From the NCBI GenBank assembly GCA_964425305.1, contig CAYRMQ010000001.1, positions 1,786 through 65,785 on the forward strand: DNA of 64,000 bases, in the 5' to 3' direction. Under the pieces are notes generated by a model. That model had not been told where the DNA came from and did no database searches. It saw nothing but the letters and a program-made list of their open reading frames with translations. The translations under genes and the position numbers were made by a program. Of the stretch, positions 21,237-29,196 are shown one piece after another; position 1 is the stretch's first letter, and every line of letters starts with the position of its first letter. This stretch comes from an uncultured Anaerolineaceae bacterium. GTDB taxonomy: Bacteria; Chloroflexota; Limnocylindria; Limnocylindrales; CSP1-4.

Positions 21237-21315
21237 TGGCTCTTGCAGGTCGCGGCAGCCGTCGATACGCTTCCGCACGGGCACAGGCTATGACCAGGGC
21301 GGGGACGTAGATGTG

Positions 21316-21957
21316 ATGACGAGTGGTCCGCGGGCAGGACCGGCGGCGGCCCGTATTCGCGACGTCTCCACGCGGCTGTTTGCCCAGAAGGGCTTCCAGG
21401 CCACGGGGATCCGTGAGATCGCGGCCGAGGCGGGCATGACGACGGCCGCGCTGTACCACTACGTCGGCGCCAAGGAAGACCTGCTCGTCGAGATCATGTT
21501 CGGCGTGATGGACCCGCTCATCGACGACGCGGAGCGCATCGCCGGCAGCATGGAGCGAGCGGAGGTGCGGCTGGCGCAGCTGGTCGAGCACCACGTCCGG
21601 TTCCACGCAACCAATCAACTGGCGACGCTGGTCGCCGACACCGAGATCCGCTCGCTCGGCCCGAAGGCACGGGCGAACGTGATCGCCCGCCGTGACGTCT
21701 ACGAGATGATCTGGCGGCGGGTCATCGGTGAGGGCATCGCCGACGGCACGTTCCGTGTCGAAGACGCCTGGATCGCCACGATCGCGCTGCTGCAGATGTG
21801 CACGGGTGTCGCCCACTGGTACCGACCGACCGGGCCGCTGACGCTCGACGAGCTGGCGCGCAGGTACGTCGACCTGGCCCTCTTCCTGGTACGCGCCACG
21901 CGCGACCGCACGGCGCTGCGCGCCGACGCGCTGAAGCTCACGACGGCGCCGCGCTGA
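21316..21957 (+). CDS. TetR/AcrR family transcriptional regulator
   Basis: The N-terminal HTH reads [36 protein letters not shown]. Divergent from the mutase operon. A GTG start at 21313 is also possible. Confidence 0.85.
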   Translation: MTSGPRAGPAAARIRDVSTRLFAQKGFQATGIREIAAEAGMTTAALYHYVGAKEDLLVEIMFGVMDPLIDDAERIAGSMERAEVRLAQLVEHHVRFHATNQLATLVADTEIRSLGPKARANVIARRDVYEMIWRRVIGEGIADGTFRVEDAWIATIALLQMCTGVAHWYRPTGPLTLDELARRYVDLALFLVRATRDRTALRADALKLTTAPR

Positions 21958-22003
21958 GCCGCGCGCGGCAGGCAATCGCGATCCGCGGCACGATGGTCGA
22001 GAC

Positions 22004-23047
22004 ATGACCGTCCGCGAGCTACCTCTGGCCACGGCGGCGAGCGCGCCACGCGACACGCTCGGCCGGCCGCTGCGCGACCTGCGCATCAGCGTCACCGATC
22101 GCTGCAACTTCCGCTGCATCTACTGCATGCCGCGCGAGGTCTTCGGGCGCGACCACCAGTTCCTGCCGCGCGCCGAGCTGCTGACGTTCGAGGAGATAGC
22201 GCGGGTGGCGCGCATCTTCGCGCGGCTGGGCGCCGAGAAGGTTCGCCTGACCGGCGGCGAGCCGCTGGTGCGGCGCGAGCTGGACAAGCTCGTGGCGATG
22301 CTCGCCGGCATCGACGGCATCACCGACCTGACGATGACGACGAACGGCGCGCTGCTCGCCGAGCGGGCGGCCAACCTGCGCGCGGCCGGCCTCGACCGCG
22401 TCACGGTCAGCCTCGACGCGCTCGACGACGCGACGTTCCGGCGGATGTCCGACGTTCGCCTGCCCGTGGCCCGCGTGCTGGCGGCGATCGACGCCGCGGC
22501 GGAGGCGGGCCTCGGGCCGGTCAAGATCAACGCCGTCATCCGGCGCGGGGTCAACGAGCACGCCCTGCTCGACCTCGCCGGCCACTTCCGCGGCAGCAGC
22601 AACGTGGTGCGCTTCATCGAGTACATGGACGTCGGGCACTCCAACGGTTGGCGCCTCGACGAGGTGGTGACGGCGGCCGAGATCCTGGGCACGATCGACG
22701 CCCGCTGGCCGCTCGAGCCGGTCACGCCGGCCTACCGCGGCGAGGTGGCCCGCCGCTACCGCTACCGCGACGGCGCCGGAGAGATCGGCATCATCGCCAG
22801 CGTCAGCCAGCCCTTCTGTGGCGACTGCACGCGCGCGCGCCTGACCGCCGACGGCCAGCTCGTGACGTGCCTCTTCGCCACGCGCGGGCACGACCTGCGC
22901 GCGCTGCTGCGCGGCGGCGCGTCGGACGACGAGATCGAGGCCGCCGTGGCCGGCATCTGGGGCGCGCGCGACGACCGCTACTCGGAGCTCAGGTCGGGCG
23001 AGACGGAGGACCTGCCGCGGCTGGAGATGAGCTACATCGGCGGCTGA
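22004..23047 (+). CDS. moaA: GTP 3',8-cyclase (molybdenum cofactor biosynthesis protein A)
   Basis: Radical-SAM CNFRCIYC cluster motif, C-terminal [13 protein letters not shown] second cluster, GG tail, 347 aa. Confidence 0.95.
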   Translation: MTVRELPLATAASAPRDTLGRPLRDLRISVTDRCNFRCIYCMPREVFGRDHQFLPRAELLTFEEIARVARIFARLGAEKVRLTGGEPLVRRELDKLVAMLAGIDGITDLTMTTNGALLAERAANLRAAGLDRVTVSLDALDDATFRRMSDVRLPVARVLAAIDAAAEAGLGPVKINAVIRRGVNEHALLDLAGHFRGSSNVVRFIEYMDVGHSNGWRLDEVVTAAEILGTIDARWPLEPVTPAYRGEVARRYRYRDGAGEIGIIASVSQPFCGDCTRARLTADGQLVTCLFATRGHDLRALLRGGASDDEIEAAVAGIWGARDDRYSELRSGETEDLPRLEMSYIGG

Positions 23048-23069
23048 CCGACGGCGAGGCGGCCCGCGT

Positions 23070-24212
23070 TCAGCGGCGGTCGCCGGCCGGCGCGGGCTCG
23101 GCGCGCGCGTGGATCGGGCCGCGCCTGTCGCGCAACGGCCCGCCGGCCCTCTCGCGCTGGACGGCGAGCACCTCGGCGACGATCGAGGCGGCGATCTCGT
23201 CGGGCGTCTCGGCACCCAGGTCGAGCCCGGCCGGCGCGCGGATCCGCGCGCGCTGCTCGTCGGTCGGCTCGACGCCCTGCTCGGCCAGCTCGCGCAGCAG
23301 CTGCTCGGTCCTCCGCCGCGGACCCAGGATGCCGAGGTAAGGTGCCGGGCTGGCGATCAGAGCGCGGACGTACTCCATGTCGCGCAGGTAGTTGTGCGTC
23401 ATGACGATGGCGTAGGTCCGCTCGTCGACAGGCGCCACCTCGGCCAGGTCTCGCGGGTCGGGGTCGAGCAGCGCCGCCGCCTCGGGAAAGCGCTCACGGG
23501 TCAGGAAGCGCTCGCGCGGGTCGACCACCACCACACGCCAGCCGAGCTGGCCAGCGAGGCGGACGAGCGGTATCGCGTCGTGGCCGGCGCCGCAGACGAG
23601 CAAGCGCGGCGGCGGCAGGACGACCTCGAGGAAGACGCGCAGCGAGCCACCCTCCGTGGCCAGCTCCTCGACCCGGCTGCCTGTGGCCATCAGCGCACGG
23701 CGCGCAGCATCCGTGACCAGCGTGTCGCTTCCACCGCCGGTCGCCCCCGCCGGCATGCCGTCCGCCGGCACGAGGAATCCTGCGCCGGCCGTGACGGCGG
23801 GGTCGGTCGACTCGATCACGGTCGCCAGGCAGCACGGCTGCTGGCGTTCGATGGCCGAGCGCAGGAGGTCGGCCGTGGAGACCGCCTGATCGGTGGGCTG
23901 GACGAACAGCTCGATGGCGCCGTTGCAGCCGAGACCGTAGCCCCAGACGGCGTCGTCGTCGGCGGTCAAATCGAAGCGGACAACGCGCGGCTCGCCCGAT
24001 GCGAGGACCTCGCGGCCGATACGCTCGACGTCACCCTCGAGACAGCCGCCGGAGATGTTGCCGACCGGCTCAGCGTGCTCGCGAACGAGCAGCCGCGCCC
24101 CCGGCCGACGGTAGGTCGAGCCGCGCACGGCGACGATCGTCGCCAGGGCGCCCCGCTCGCCGCGTGCGTGGACTTCAGATAGCGCGTCAAGGACGTCGGT
24201 CAGCTCGCTCAC
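23070..24212 (-). CDS. XdhC/CoxI family accessory protein
   Basis: N-terminal ALATIVAVRGSTYRRPGARLLV and a Rossmann-like LLVCGAGHDAIPLV. GTG at 24212 was chosen because longer starts would overlap the divergent fdh start region. Confidence 0.8.
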   Translation of the reverse strand: MSELTDVLDALSEVHARGERGALATIVAVRGSTYRRPGARLLVREHAEPVGNISGGCLEGDVERIGREVLASGEPRVVRFDLTADDDAVWGYGLGCNGAIELFVQPTDQAVSTADLLRSAIERQQPCCLATVIESTDPAVTAGAGFLVPADGMPAGATGGGSDTLVTDAARRALMATGSRVEELATEGGSLRVFLEVVLPPPRLLVCGAGHDAIPLVRLAGQLGWRVVVVDPRERFLTRERFPEAAALLDPDPRDLAEVAPVDERTYAIVMTHNYLRDMEYVRALIASPAPYLGILGPRRRTEQLLRELAEQGVEPTDEQRARIRAPAGLDLGAETPDEIAASIVAEVLAVQRERAGGPLRDRRGPIHARAEPAPAGDRR

Positions 24213-24318
24213 GCCGCCAAATGTAGCGCGGCTGGGGATTGTCCCGCCCGGAGGCGGCGTGGAGTAACGTCGCTGACAGTCAGCCCGGATGAGGCATCCT
24301 TCCGAAGGAGGCACCGCC

Positions 24319-25518
24319 ATGGCAACCGTCCTATGCGTTCTGTACGACGACCCGGTGAACGGATATCCCCCGCAGTACGCGCGCGACGACATCCCCCGCA
24401 TCGAGCGCTATCCCGACGGCATGTCCACGCCCACACCGAAACAGATCGACTTCAAGCCGGGCGAGCTGCTCGGCAGCGTGTCAGGTGAGCTCGGCCTGCG
24501 CACGTTCCTGGAAGCTGCCGGCCACACCCTCATCGTGACGTCCGACAAGGACGGGCCGGACTCAGTCTTCGAGCGCGAGCTGCCCAATGCCGACGTGGTC
24601 ATCAGCCAGCCCTTCTGGCCGGCGTACCTGACGGCCGAGCGCATCGCCAGGGCGGACAGGCTGAAGCTGGCCATCACCGCCGGCATCGGCTCCGACCACG
24701 TCAACCTGCAGGCGGCGATGGAGCGCGGCGTCACCGTCGCCGAGGTGACCTACTGCAACAGCATCAGCGTGTCCGAGCACGTGGTGATGCTGATCCTGTC
24801 GCTGGTGCGCAACTACATCCCCTCGTACAAAACCGTCGTCGACGGTGGCTGGAACATCGCCGACTGCGCCGCGCGAGAGTACGACCTGGAGGGCATGCAG
24901 GTCGGCACGGTTGGCGCCGGGCGGATCGGCTCAGCCGTGCTGCGCCGGTTGAAGCCGTTCGACGTCGCCCTCCACTACACCGACCGCCAGCGCCTGCCGG
25001 CCGTCGAGGAGGAAACCGGCGCGACGTGGCACCCGGACGCGGCGTCGATGGTGCCAGAGTGCGACGTGGTCACGATCAACACGCCGCTCCATCCCGAGAC
25101 GGAGCACCTCTTCGACGACGCCATGTTCGCGCGCATGAAGCGCGGCACCTACCTGGTCAATACGGCGCGCGGCAAGATCTGCGATCGCGACGCGGTCGTG
25201 CGTGGGCTCGAGAGCGGTCAACTGGCAGGTTACGCCGGCGACGTCTGGTTCCCGCAGCCGGCGCCACGCGACCATCCGTGGCGACAGATGCCCTGGCACG
25301 GCATGACGCCGCACACCTCGGGAACCTCGCTTTCGGCGCAGGCACGCTACGCCGCCGGCACGCGCGAGATCCTCGAGTGCTGGTTCGAGAACCGGCCCAT
25401 CCGCGAGGAGTACCTGATCGTCGAGGGTGGCCGGCTGGCCGGGACCGGGGCGAAGTCCTACTCGGCAGGCGACGCTACCCGCGGCTCGGAGGAGGCGGCG
25501 CGCTACAAGGCGGGCTGA
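24319..25518 (+). CDS. fdh: NAD-dependent (metal-independent) formate dehydrogenase
   Basis: GAAGGAGG SD. MATVLCVLYDDPVNGYP..., GSVSGELGLR, VTSDKDGPDSVFERE and GDVWFPQPAP closely match, as recalled, the Pseudomonas sp. 101 / Mycobacterium vaccae FDH family. 399 aa. Confidence 0.95.
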   Translation: MATVLCVLYDDPVNGYPPQYARDDIPRIERYPDGMSTPTPKQIDFKPGELLGSVSGELGLRTFLEAAGHTLIVTSDKDGPDSVFERELPNADVVISQPFWPAYLTAERIARADRLKLAITAGIGSDHVNLQAAMERGVTVAEVTYCNSISVSEHVVMLILSLVRNYIPSYKTVVDGGWNIADCAAREYDLEGMQVGTVGAGRIGSAVLRRLKPFDVALHYTDRQRLPAVEEETGATWHPDAASMVPECDVVTINTPLHPETEHLFDDAMFARMKRGTYLVNTARGKICDRDAVVRGLESGQLAGYAGDVWFPQPAPRDHPWRQMPWHGMTPHTSGTSLSAQARYAAGTREILECWFENRPIREEYLIVEGGRLAGTGAKSYSAGDATRGSEEAARYKAG

Positions 25519-25538
25519 GCGGGGTAACGGAAAAGAGT

Positions 25539-25567
25539 CGAAGCCCGGCAGATTCTGCCGAGCTTCG
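25539..25567 (+). terminator. putative terminator hairpin after fdh
   Basis: CGAAGC..CGGCAG-ATT-CTGCCG..GCTTCG nested hairpin, 21 nt after the stop, followed by GTTGGTG. The U tract is weak. Confidence 0.4.
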
Positions 25568-25605
25568 GTTGGTGCGTGGCGTCCGGAAGTGACCTTCCGC
25601 CGCTG

Positions 25606-25941
25606 CTAGTAGCTGCGCCGCTGCGAGGTGAAGCAGTCGCTGCAGTAAACGGGCTTGGATCCGCTCGGGCGGAACGGAACCCGCGCCTCGCGCCCGCAGC
25701 TGGCGCACGTGGCCGTGAACATCTCCCGCGGCCCGCGATCGTAGCCGCGGCTCGAATAGCCACCGCCGGCACTGTAGGTGTCGCTGCTACGCGAACTCTT
25801 CCGGATCGCGCGACACGACGGGCAGCGGCGGGGCTCGCTGAACTGACGATCGGCGTAGAACTGCTGCTCGCTCGCCGTGAAGGCGAACTCCTGACGGCAG
25901 TCGACGCAGACCAGTGTTCTGTCGACGGTTGTGGTGAACAT
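25606..25941 (-). CDS. zinc-ribbon domain protein (two CxxC...CxxC modules)
   Basis: AAGGAG lies 7 nt upstream of Met7. Modules are CVDC..CPSC and CASCGREARVPFRPSGSKPVYCSDC (CxxC-x17-CxxC type). Confidence 0.8.
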   Translation of the reverse strand: MFTTTVDRTLVCVDCRQEFAFTASEQQFYADRQFSEPRRCPSCRAIRKSSRSSDTYSAGGGYSSRGYDRGPREMFTATCASCGREARVPFRPSGSKPVYCSDCFTSQRRSY

Positions 25942-26096
25942 GAAAACACTCCTTCTCATGCGGCCTCAGCGAACCTGTCTCGCCGAAACCGAAGAGAGGG
26001 AGTGATCGTGTGCCGCGCCTTGGTGGCGCCCTTCCGGCGCCGGTCGACAGTGTAACAGGTTTCGGCCATCAGGCCGAACGCATGTTCGAACCCCGA

Positions 26097-26297
26097 CTAG
26101 CGCGAGGAGGCCGATCGCGGGACGCTTTCGCCGTCGTCGATCGCGCCGCGCTGGTGGGGGGCCACGTTGCCCTTGAGGCGGCGTTCACGTTCCACATCGC
26201 CGGGCAGCGCGTCGCTGTCGCGCCAGCGTGGCAGCTGCCAGTCAAACTGGGGCTCGTCCTGCTCGGGCGGGTCATTGAAGCGATGCTCAGAGTTCAC
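26097..26297 (-). CDS. small hypothetical protein (66 aa, acidic/Arg-rich)
   Basis: The GTG start shares a GTGA overlap with the stop of the preceding mini-ORF. Third positions are G/C-rich. No family recognised. Confidence 0.4.
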   Translation of the reverse strand: MNSEHRFNDPPEQDEPQFDWQLPRWRDSDALPGDVERERRLKGNVAPHQRGAIDDGESVPRSASSR

Positions 26298-26488
26298 CGG
26301 CCCGCATCCTTGTGCTGGCGGACATGCAGCGTCCACTGCGACGGAGCGCCCATCCTGCTGGCGCTGCTGCCCTGCCAACCACAGGCGCACCTCACCTGCT
26401 CCGCGCGATGGCGGTACTCATCGATGACGTGCTTGATGGGTTGAACGAGGCCGATGTCAACCAATGGCCGAGGGCGGCTGAAGGTCAT
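26294..26488 (-). CDS. small hypothetical protein (64 aa)
   Basis: The ATG shares an ATGA overlap with the stop of the 30-codon ORF. About 80 percent GC3. No family recognised. Confidence 0.45.
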   Translation of the reverse strand: MTFSRPRPLVDIGLVQPIKHVIDEYRHRAEQVRCACGWQGSSASRMGAPSQWTLHVRQHKDAGR

Positions 26489-26577
26489 GACACGCTCGCC
26501 CGCACGTTGACGGCGCGCGGGCCGCGCGCGCCCGATTCCAGGTCGGAGATAACCTTCGTGATCCTACCGGTCGTCAT
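26485..26577 (-). CDS. 30-codon leader-like ORF (MTTGRITKVISDLESGARGPRAVNVRASVS)
   Basis: GGAGGG lies 5 nt upstream of the ATG, and a 7-bp-stem hairpin abuts the SD. This is the C-terminal tail of the otherwise implausible ORF 26485..27174. Confidence 0.3.
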   Translation of the reverse strand: MTTGRITKVISDLESGARGPRAVNVRASVS

Positions 26578-26848
26578 GACGACCCTCCGTTCTCCCGAGA
26601 GGTGAGAACGACGCAGGGCCGGAGCTCGAGAAGTCGGCGACCTCACGCTGCATCGTGCGGCGATGCCCGTGCAGTGTACGCCGACGGCAGCGAGAGTGAT
26701 GTTTCCTCGACTCTGAAGCCTGGCGAGGCGTCTTGCCAAGCGGTTGCCGCAGCCAGGAGGTGCCGACGGGGCGGTGACCGCCGGGCCCGCGTTGGCCTCG
26801 GTCGCCGTCGTAACGCCGGCTCCTCCTTGGGACTTGCTTTGGCCCGCC

Positions 26849-27283
26849 CTACCGGCTTCGTGCAGCCATCGCCTCGGGCCACAGGCTGCCGTGCTCGGTC
26901 GTCGCCTGCTTGCCGAGCAGCTTGCGGGCCTCTTCGATCCGATCGACGCCGAGGGCGGCGACGACCTGCCCACCTGATTCACCCGTGGGCATGAAGAACT
27001 CGATGTTGATGCCCGCGTCGGCCATGGTCCGGGCGAGCTTGGCGGCAGCACCGGGGACATGCTCAAGGGTGACCGGAAGGATCTCCACCTCGCGGTAATT
27101 GCAGCGGACGTCGTCGAGCGCCTCGCGCGTCTGCGCGTCGTCACTCGCGACCAGTCCGACATAGCCCTGGCCATCCCCGGTCAGCCCGAAGCCGAGGATG
27201 TTGACTCCCCTGTCGGCGATCTTGTCGGCCACCTCAGCCCATGACCCGGGGCGGTTCTCGAGTTCGAGGATGAACGCCTGCAT
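26849..27283 (-). CDS. ACT domain-containing protein
   Basis: 144 aa with GGAGGG 6 nt upstream. Two beta-alpha-beta-beta-alpha-beta-like halves, reading ILELENRPGSWAEVADKIADRGVNILGF and LEHVPGAAAKLARTMADAGINIEFF. Confidence 0.8.
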   Translation of the reverse strand: MQAFILELENRPGSWAEVADKIADRGVNILGFGLTGDGQGYVGLVASDDAQTREALDDVRCNYREVEILPVTLEHVPGAAAKLARTMADAGINIEFFMPTGESGGQVVAALGVDRIEEARKLLGKQATTEHGSLWPEAMAARSR

Positions 27284-27580
27284 GGCCTGCCCTCCTGCAC
27301 GAGCCGGCCCGAACCCCCTGGGCTCCTGACCCGGCGTCAGTCCGGGTCGGCAGCCGGATTCTCCGCCTGGCCGGCCGGGCGACCAAGGCGCTTATCCACA
27401 ATCACGCGCGCCTGTAACGGGCATGCAATGTCTGGTGCCAGATGGCACCACTTCATGGCGCGAGACACGAGGGCGCAACGACGATGCGGCGCTACACAAT
27501 GGATCGTCTTTGCCTCGAAGCCCAGAGTCCTCTTGTGCCTGGTGCCCAAACCGGGCGTTGGCTAAAAGGTTCGGGTGGTC

Positions 27581-27682
27581 ATGCGCTGGTTCGTTCTCTC
27601 GATCATCAACCGGCCCACAGTCGCCATTGCGGCAGCAAGCACTGTCTGGCTACTGATATTCGCGGCATACCTGCTCGCGTAA
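27581..27682 (+). CDS. possible 33-aa hydrophobic membrane peptide (MRWFVLSIINRPTVAIAAASTVWLLIFAAYLLA)
   Basis: Below the track's size cutoff. GC3 is about 73 percent in a region of about 60 percent GC. The SD is weak. Confidence 0.3.
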   Translation: MRWFVLSIINRPTVAIAAASTVWLLIFAAYLLA

Positions 27683-27833
27683 GTCGCCTCCTCAACCTGG
27701 AAGGGCCGCGCAACCCGAAGGCGGCGGAAGCTCGGGTTCCCGGCGCAAGTCGCGAGAAAGTTTCCGTCTGCGTTCTGTTTTGCCGGTGGCTGACCCACAC
27801 GAGCACACTTCGTGCCGATAAGGAGCCGTGCCC

Positions 27834-28004
27834 ATGAACGTCAGCGTCGTTACCAACCCGGCGAGCGACACCGAGCTGCGTAACAGCATCGAGCGATTGC
27901 TGGCCGACGATGCCGACAGTCCAGGCCAACTCGAGTCAAAGCTCAGACAAAGCTTTCCCCGCGCTCGGGTCTTCTACCGCGAAGGGCGCTGGGTCAATTC
28001 CTGA
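27834..28004 (+). CDS. small hypothetical protein (56 aa)
   Basis: AAGGAG lies 8 nt upstream of the ATG. GC3 is about 75 percent. Below the track's size cutoff. A 10-bp-stem hairpin (28048-28071) follows. Confidence 0.45.
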   Translation: MNVSVVTNPASDTELRNSIERLLADDADSPGQLESKLRQSFPRARVFYREGRWVNS

Positions 28005-28165
28005 CTCCTGACCGGTCCGGCTGGGGACGGACCACTTTCCTCCTAGGGCCGCCGGGCATCCCGCCCGGCGGCTCTAGCACGTCGCTGTCGAGTTCGTGCC
28101 TTGCGTAAATCCGAGCATGCGCGCACCATGCCCCTCCCAGGCGCAACTTGAGAGGGACTGCCGAC

Positions 28166-28699
28166 ATGGGGGACGACGATCAGTCAACGCACGACGGAAC
28201 CAGGGCGCTCGTCATTCTCGGCGCCAACGGCCACATTGAGGATGCCTCGCAGGCCGCCCTCGAGCTTCTCGGGCGGTCGTACGAGGAGGTTCGAGGGCAA
28301 TCGCCGCGCTCGCTGATGGCCCTGTCGGATGCGGAGTCCGAAGCGCTCTCCCAAGCCTGGAAAACTCCGGGCTCCAAGGCGGCGGCCGGAGAGACGACGA
28401 TCTTTCGAGCCGACGGAACCAGACGCCGGGTCAACTTCATTCTGGCGAGCCTCAGCGACGGACGCCACGCGGTCCTCCTCGAGCCGGTGGCCCAGCCCGC
28501 GGAGCCTGGCCTCGTCTTCTACACGATGCGCGAGGTGCTGGCCGGTTGGCGCTCGGCCGTGCGCCGTCTGGAGACCGAGTCTCCGGACAGCGCGGAGTGG
28601 ATGACGACGATGGCCGAGATCGACGCCTTTCGAGAGCAGTACATGCGACTCTTCGAGAGCACCAGGCATAAGGGCAGTCGGGAGCTGACACCGACCTAG
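28166..28699 (+). CDS. stand-alone PAS-like domain protein
   Basis: ATG (Met7 of ORF 28148..28699) with GAGAGGGA upstream. PAS-like LVILGANGHIEDASQAALELLGRSYEEVRGQSPRSL...TIFRADGTRRRVNF. No output domain. Confidence 0.6.
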   Translation: MGDDDQSTHDGTRALVILGANGHIEDASQAALELLGRSYEEVRGQSPRSLMALSDAESEALSQAWKTPGSKAAAGETTIFRADGTRRRVNFILASLSDGRHAVLLEPVAQPAEPGLVFYTMREVLAGWRSAVRRLETESPDSAEWMTTMAEIDAFREQYMRLFESTRHKGSRELTPT

Positions 28700-28826
28700 C
28701 CGGAGCCTGGGCGACCAGCGACACGGAACCAGGGCCAACCCGCGTCGGTCCAACGAGGTGAACTCTTTCCAGCCAGACAACAGGGGGGCGCCAAGCTGGT
28801 CCGATGCGCTTGGCCGAGCGGCGGGC

Positions 28827-28875
28827 GGCAGGCTGTGGCCCGGCAGGCTGTCGCCCGGCAGGGCAGCTGTGGCCC
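28827..28875. repeat. three tandem units GGCAGGCTGTGGCCC / GGCAGGCTGTCGCCC / GGCAGGGCAGCTGTGGCCC
   Basis: Read directly from the sequence; non-coding context. Confidence 0.8.
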
Positions 28876-28919
28876 TTATTCCGCCGGACCTCGAGCTCGA
28901 CGACCCGTACTACCGCTCT

Positions 28920-29037
28920 GCGCTGGCCGGGTGTGGAAAGTACCCACCAGCCGGCCGCAGATGACCCGCGCTACCCATCGCGTGGCGGCGCTGGTGGCCG
29001 GTCGTGGAAACTACCCACCAGCCGGCCGCAAATCACC
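28920..29037. repeat. two copies of a hairpin-containing repeat of about 47 nt (period about 70 nt)
   Basis: Copy 1 (28920-28966) is GCGCTGGCCGGGTGTGGAAAGTACCCACCAGCCGGCCGCAGATGACC. Copy 2 (28988-29037) is GCGCTGGTGGCCGGTCGTGGAAACTACCCACCAGCCGGCCGCAAATCACC. Confidence 0.8.
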
Positions 29038-29161
29038 GGCGACGACGGCGAGTGACTGCCAAGCGCGGCTCGTCGGGACCCAAATGAGGTTTGGTTGTGG
29101 GCTTTGGCCACATCTCGCGCTGGAACGCTGACTCGGTCAAGTCGATCGGTCACTTCACAGC

Positions 29162-29196
29162 GCGCTGGTGGGAATAGCCCACAGCAAGCCGGCAGC
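29162..29196. repeat. third, degenerate copy of the same repeat
   Basis: GCGCTGGTGGGAATAGCCCACAGCAAGCCGGCAGC. It keeps the GCGCTGGTGG head, the GTGGG-N5-CCCAC hairpin and the GCCGGC tail. Confidence 0.5.

Noticed and set aside
21139-21315. A cobalamin riboswitch upstream of the B12-dependent mutase operon.
   Set aside because: The region contains no B12 box (GCCACTG) or recognisable riboswitch core. It is dominated by the inverted repeats and is shared with the TetR promoter.
22004-25518. The adjacency of moaA and xdhC to formate dehydrogenase suggested a molybdoenzyme FDH system.
   Set aside because: The FDH belongs to the metal-independent NAD-dependent D-2-hydroxyacid dehydrogenase family, so the neighbourhood gives no functional link. 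No molybdopterin oxidoreductase subunit lies in the window.
26485-27174. A 229-aa ORF on the minus strand.
   Set aside because: Its upstream two thirds overlap the well-supported ACT gene in another frame and are Arg/Ser/Ala-rich. Only the last 30 codons, which have their own SD and ATG, are kept as a tentative mini-ORF.
27443-27458. TGGCAC within the 18-bp palindrome suggested a sigma-54 (-24) element.
   Set aside because: The expected -12 TTGC(A/T) after a 5-nt spacer is absent (the sequence reads CACTT-CATGG), and no enhancer-binding protein gene is nearby.
28838-28861. GCCCGGCAGG in the 15-nt tandem units also occurs in the 3' part of tRNA-Arg (29270-29279), which could suggest an att duplication.
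   Set aside because: The shared stretch is only 10-11 nt. In a genome of about 70 percent GC, a match of this length is expected by chance roughly once per window of this size. No integrase is present.
28920-29037. The repeats with a 70-nt period looked like a mini CRISPR array.
   Set aside because: There are only two good copies plus one degenerate copy. Similarity extends into what would be spacer sequence. The third copy has irregular spacing, and there are no cas genes or leader in the window.
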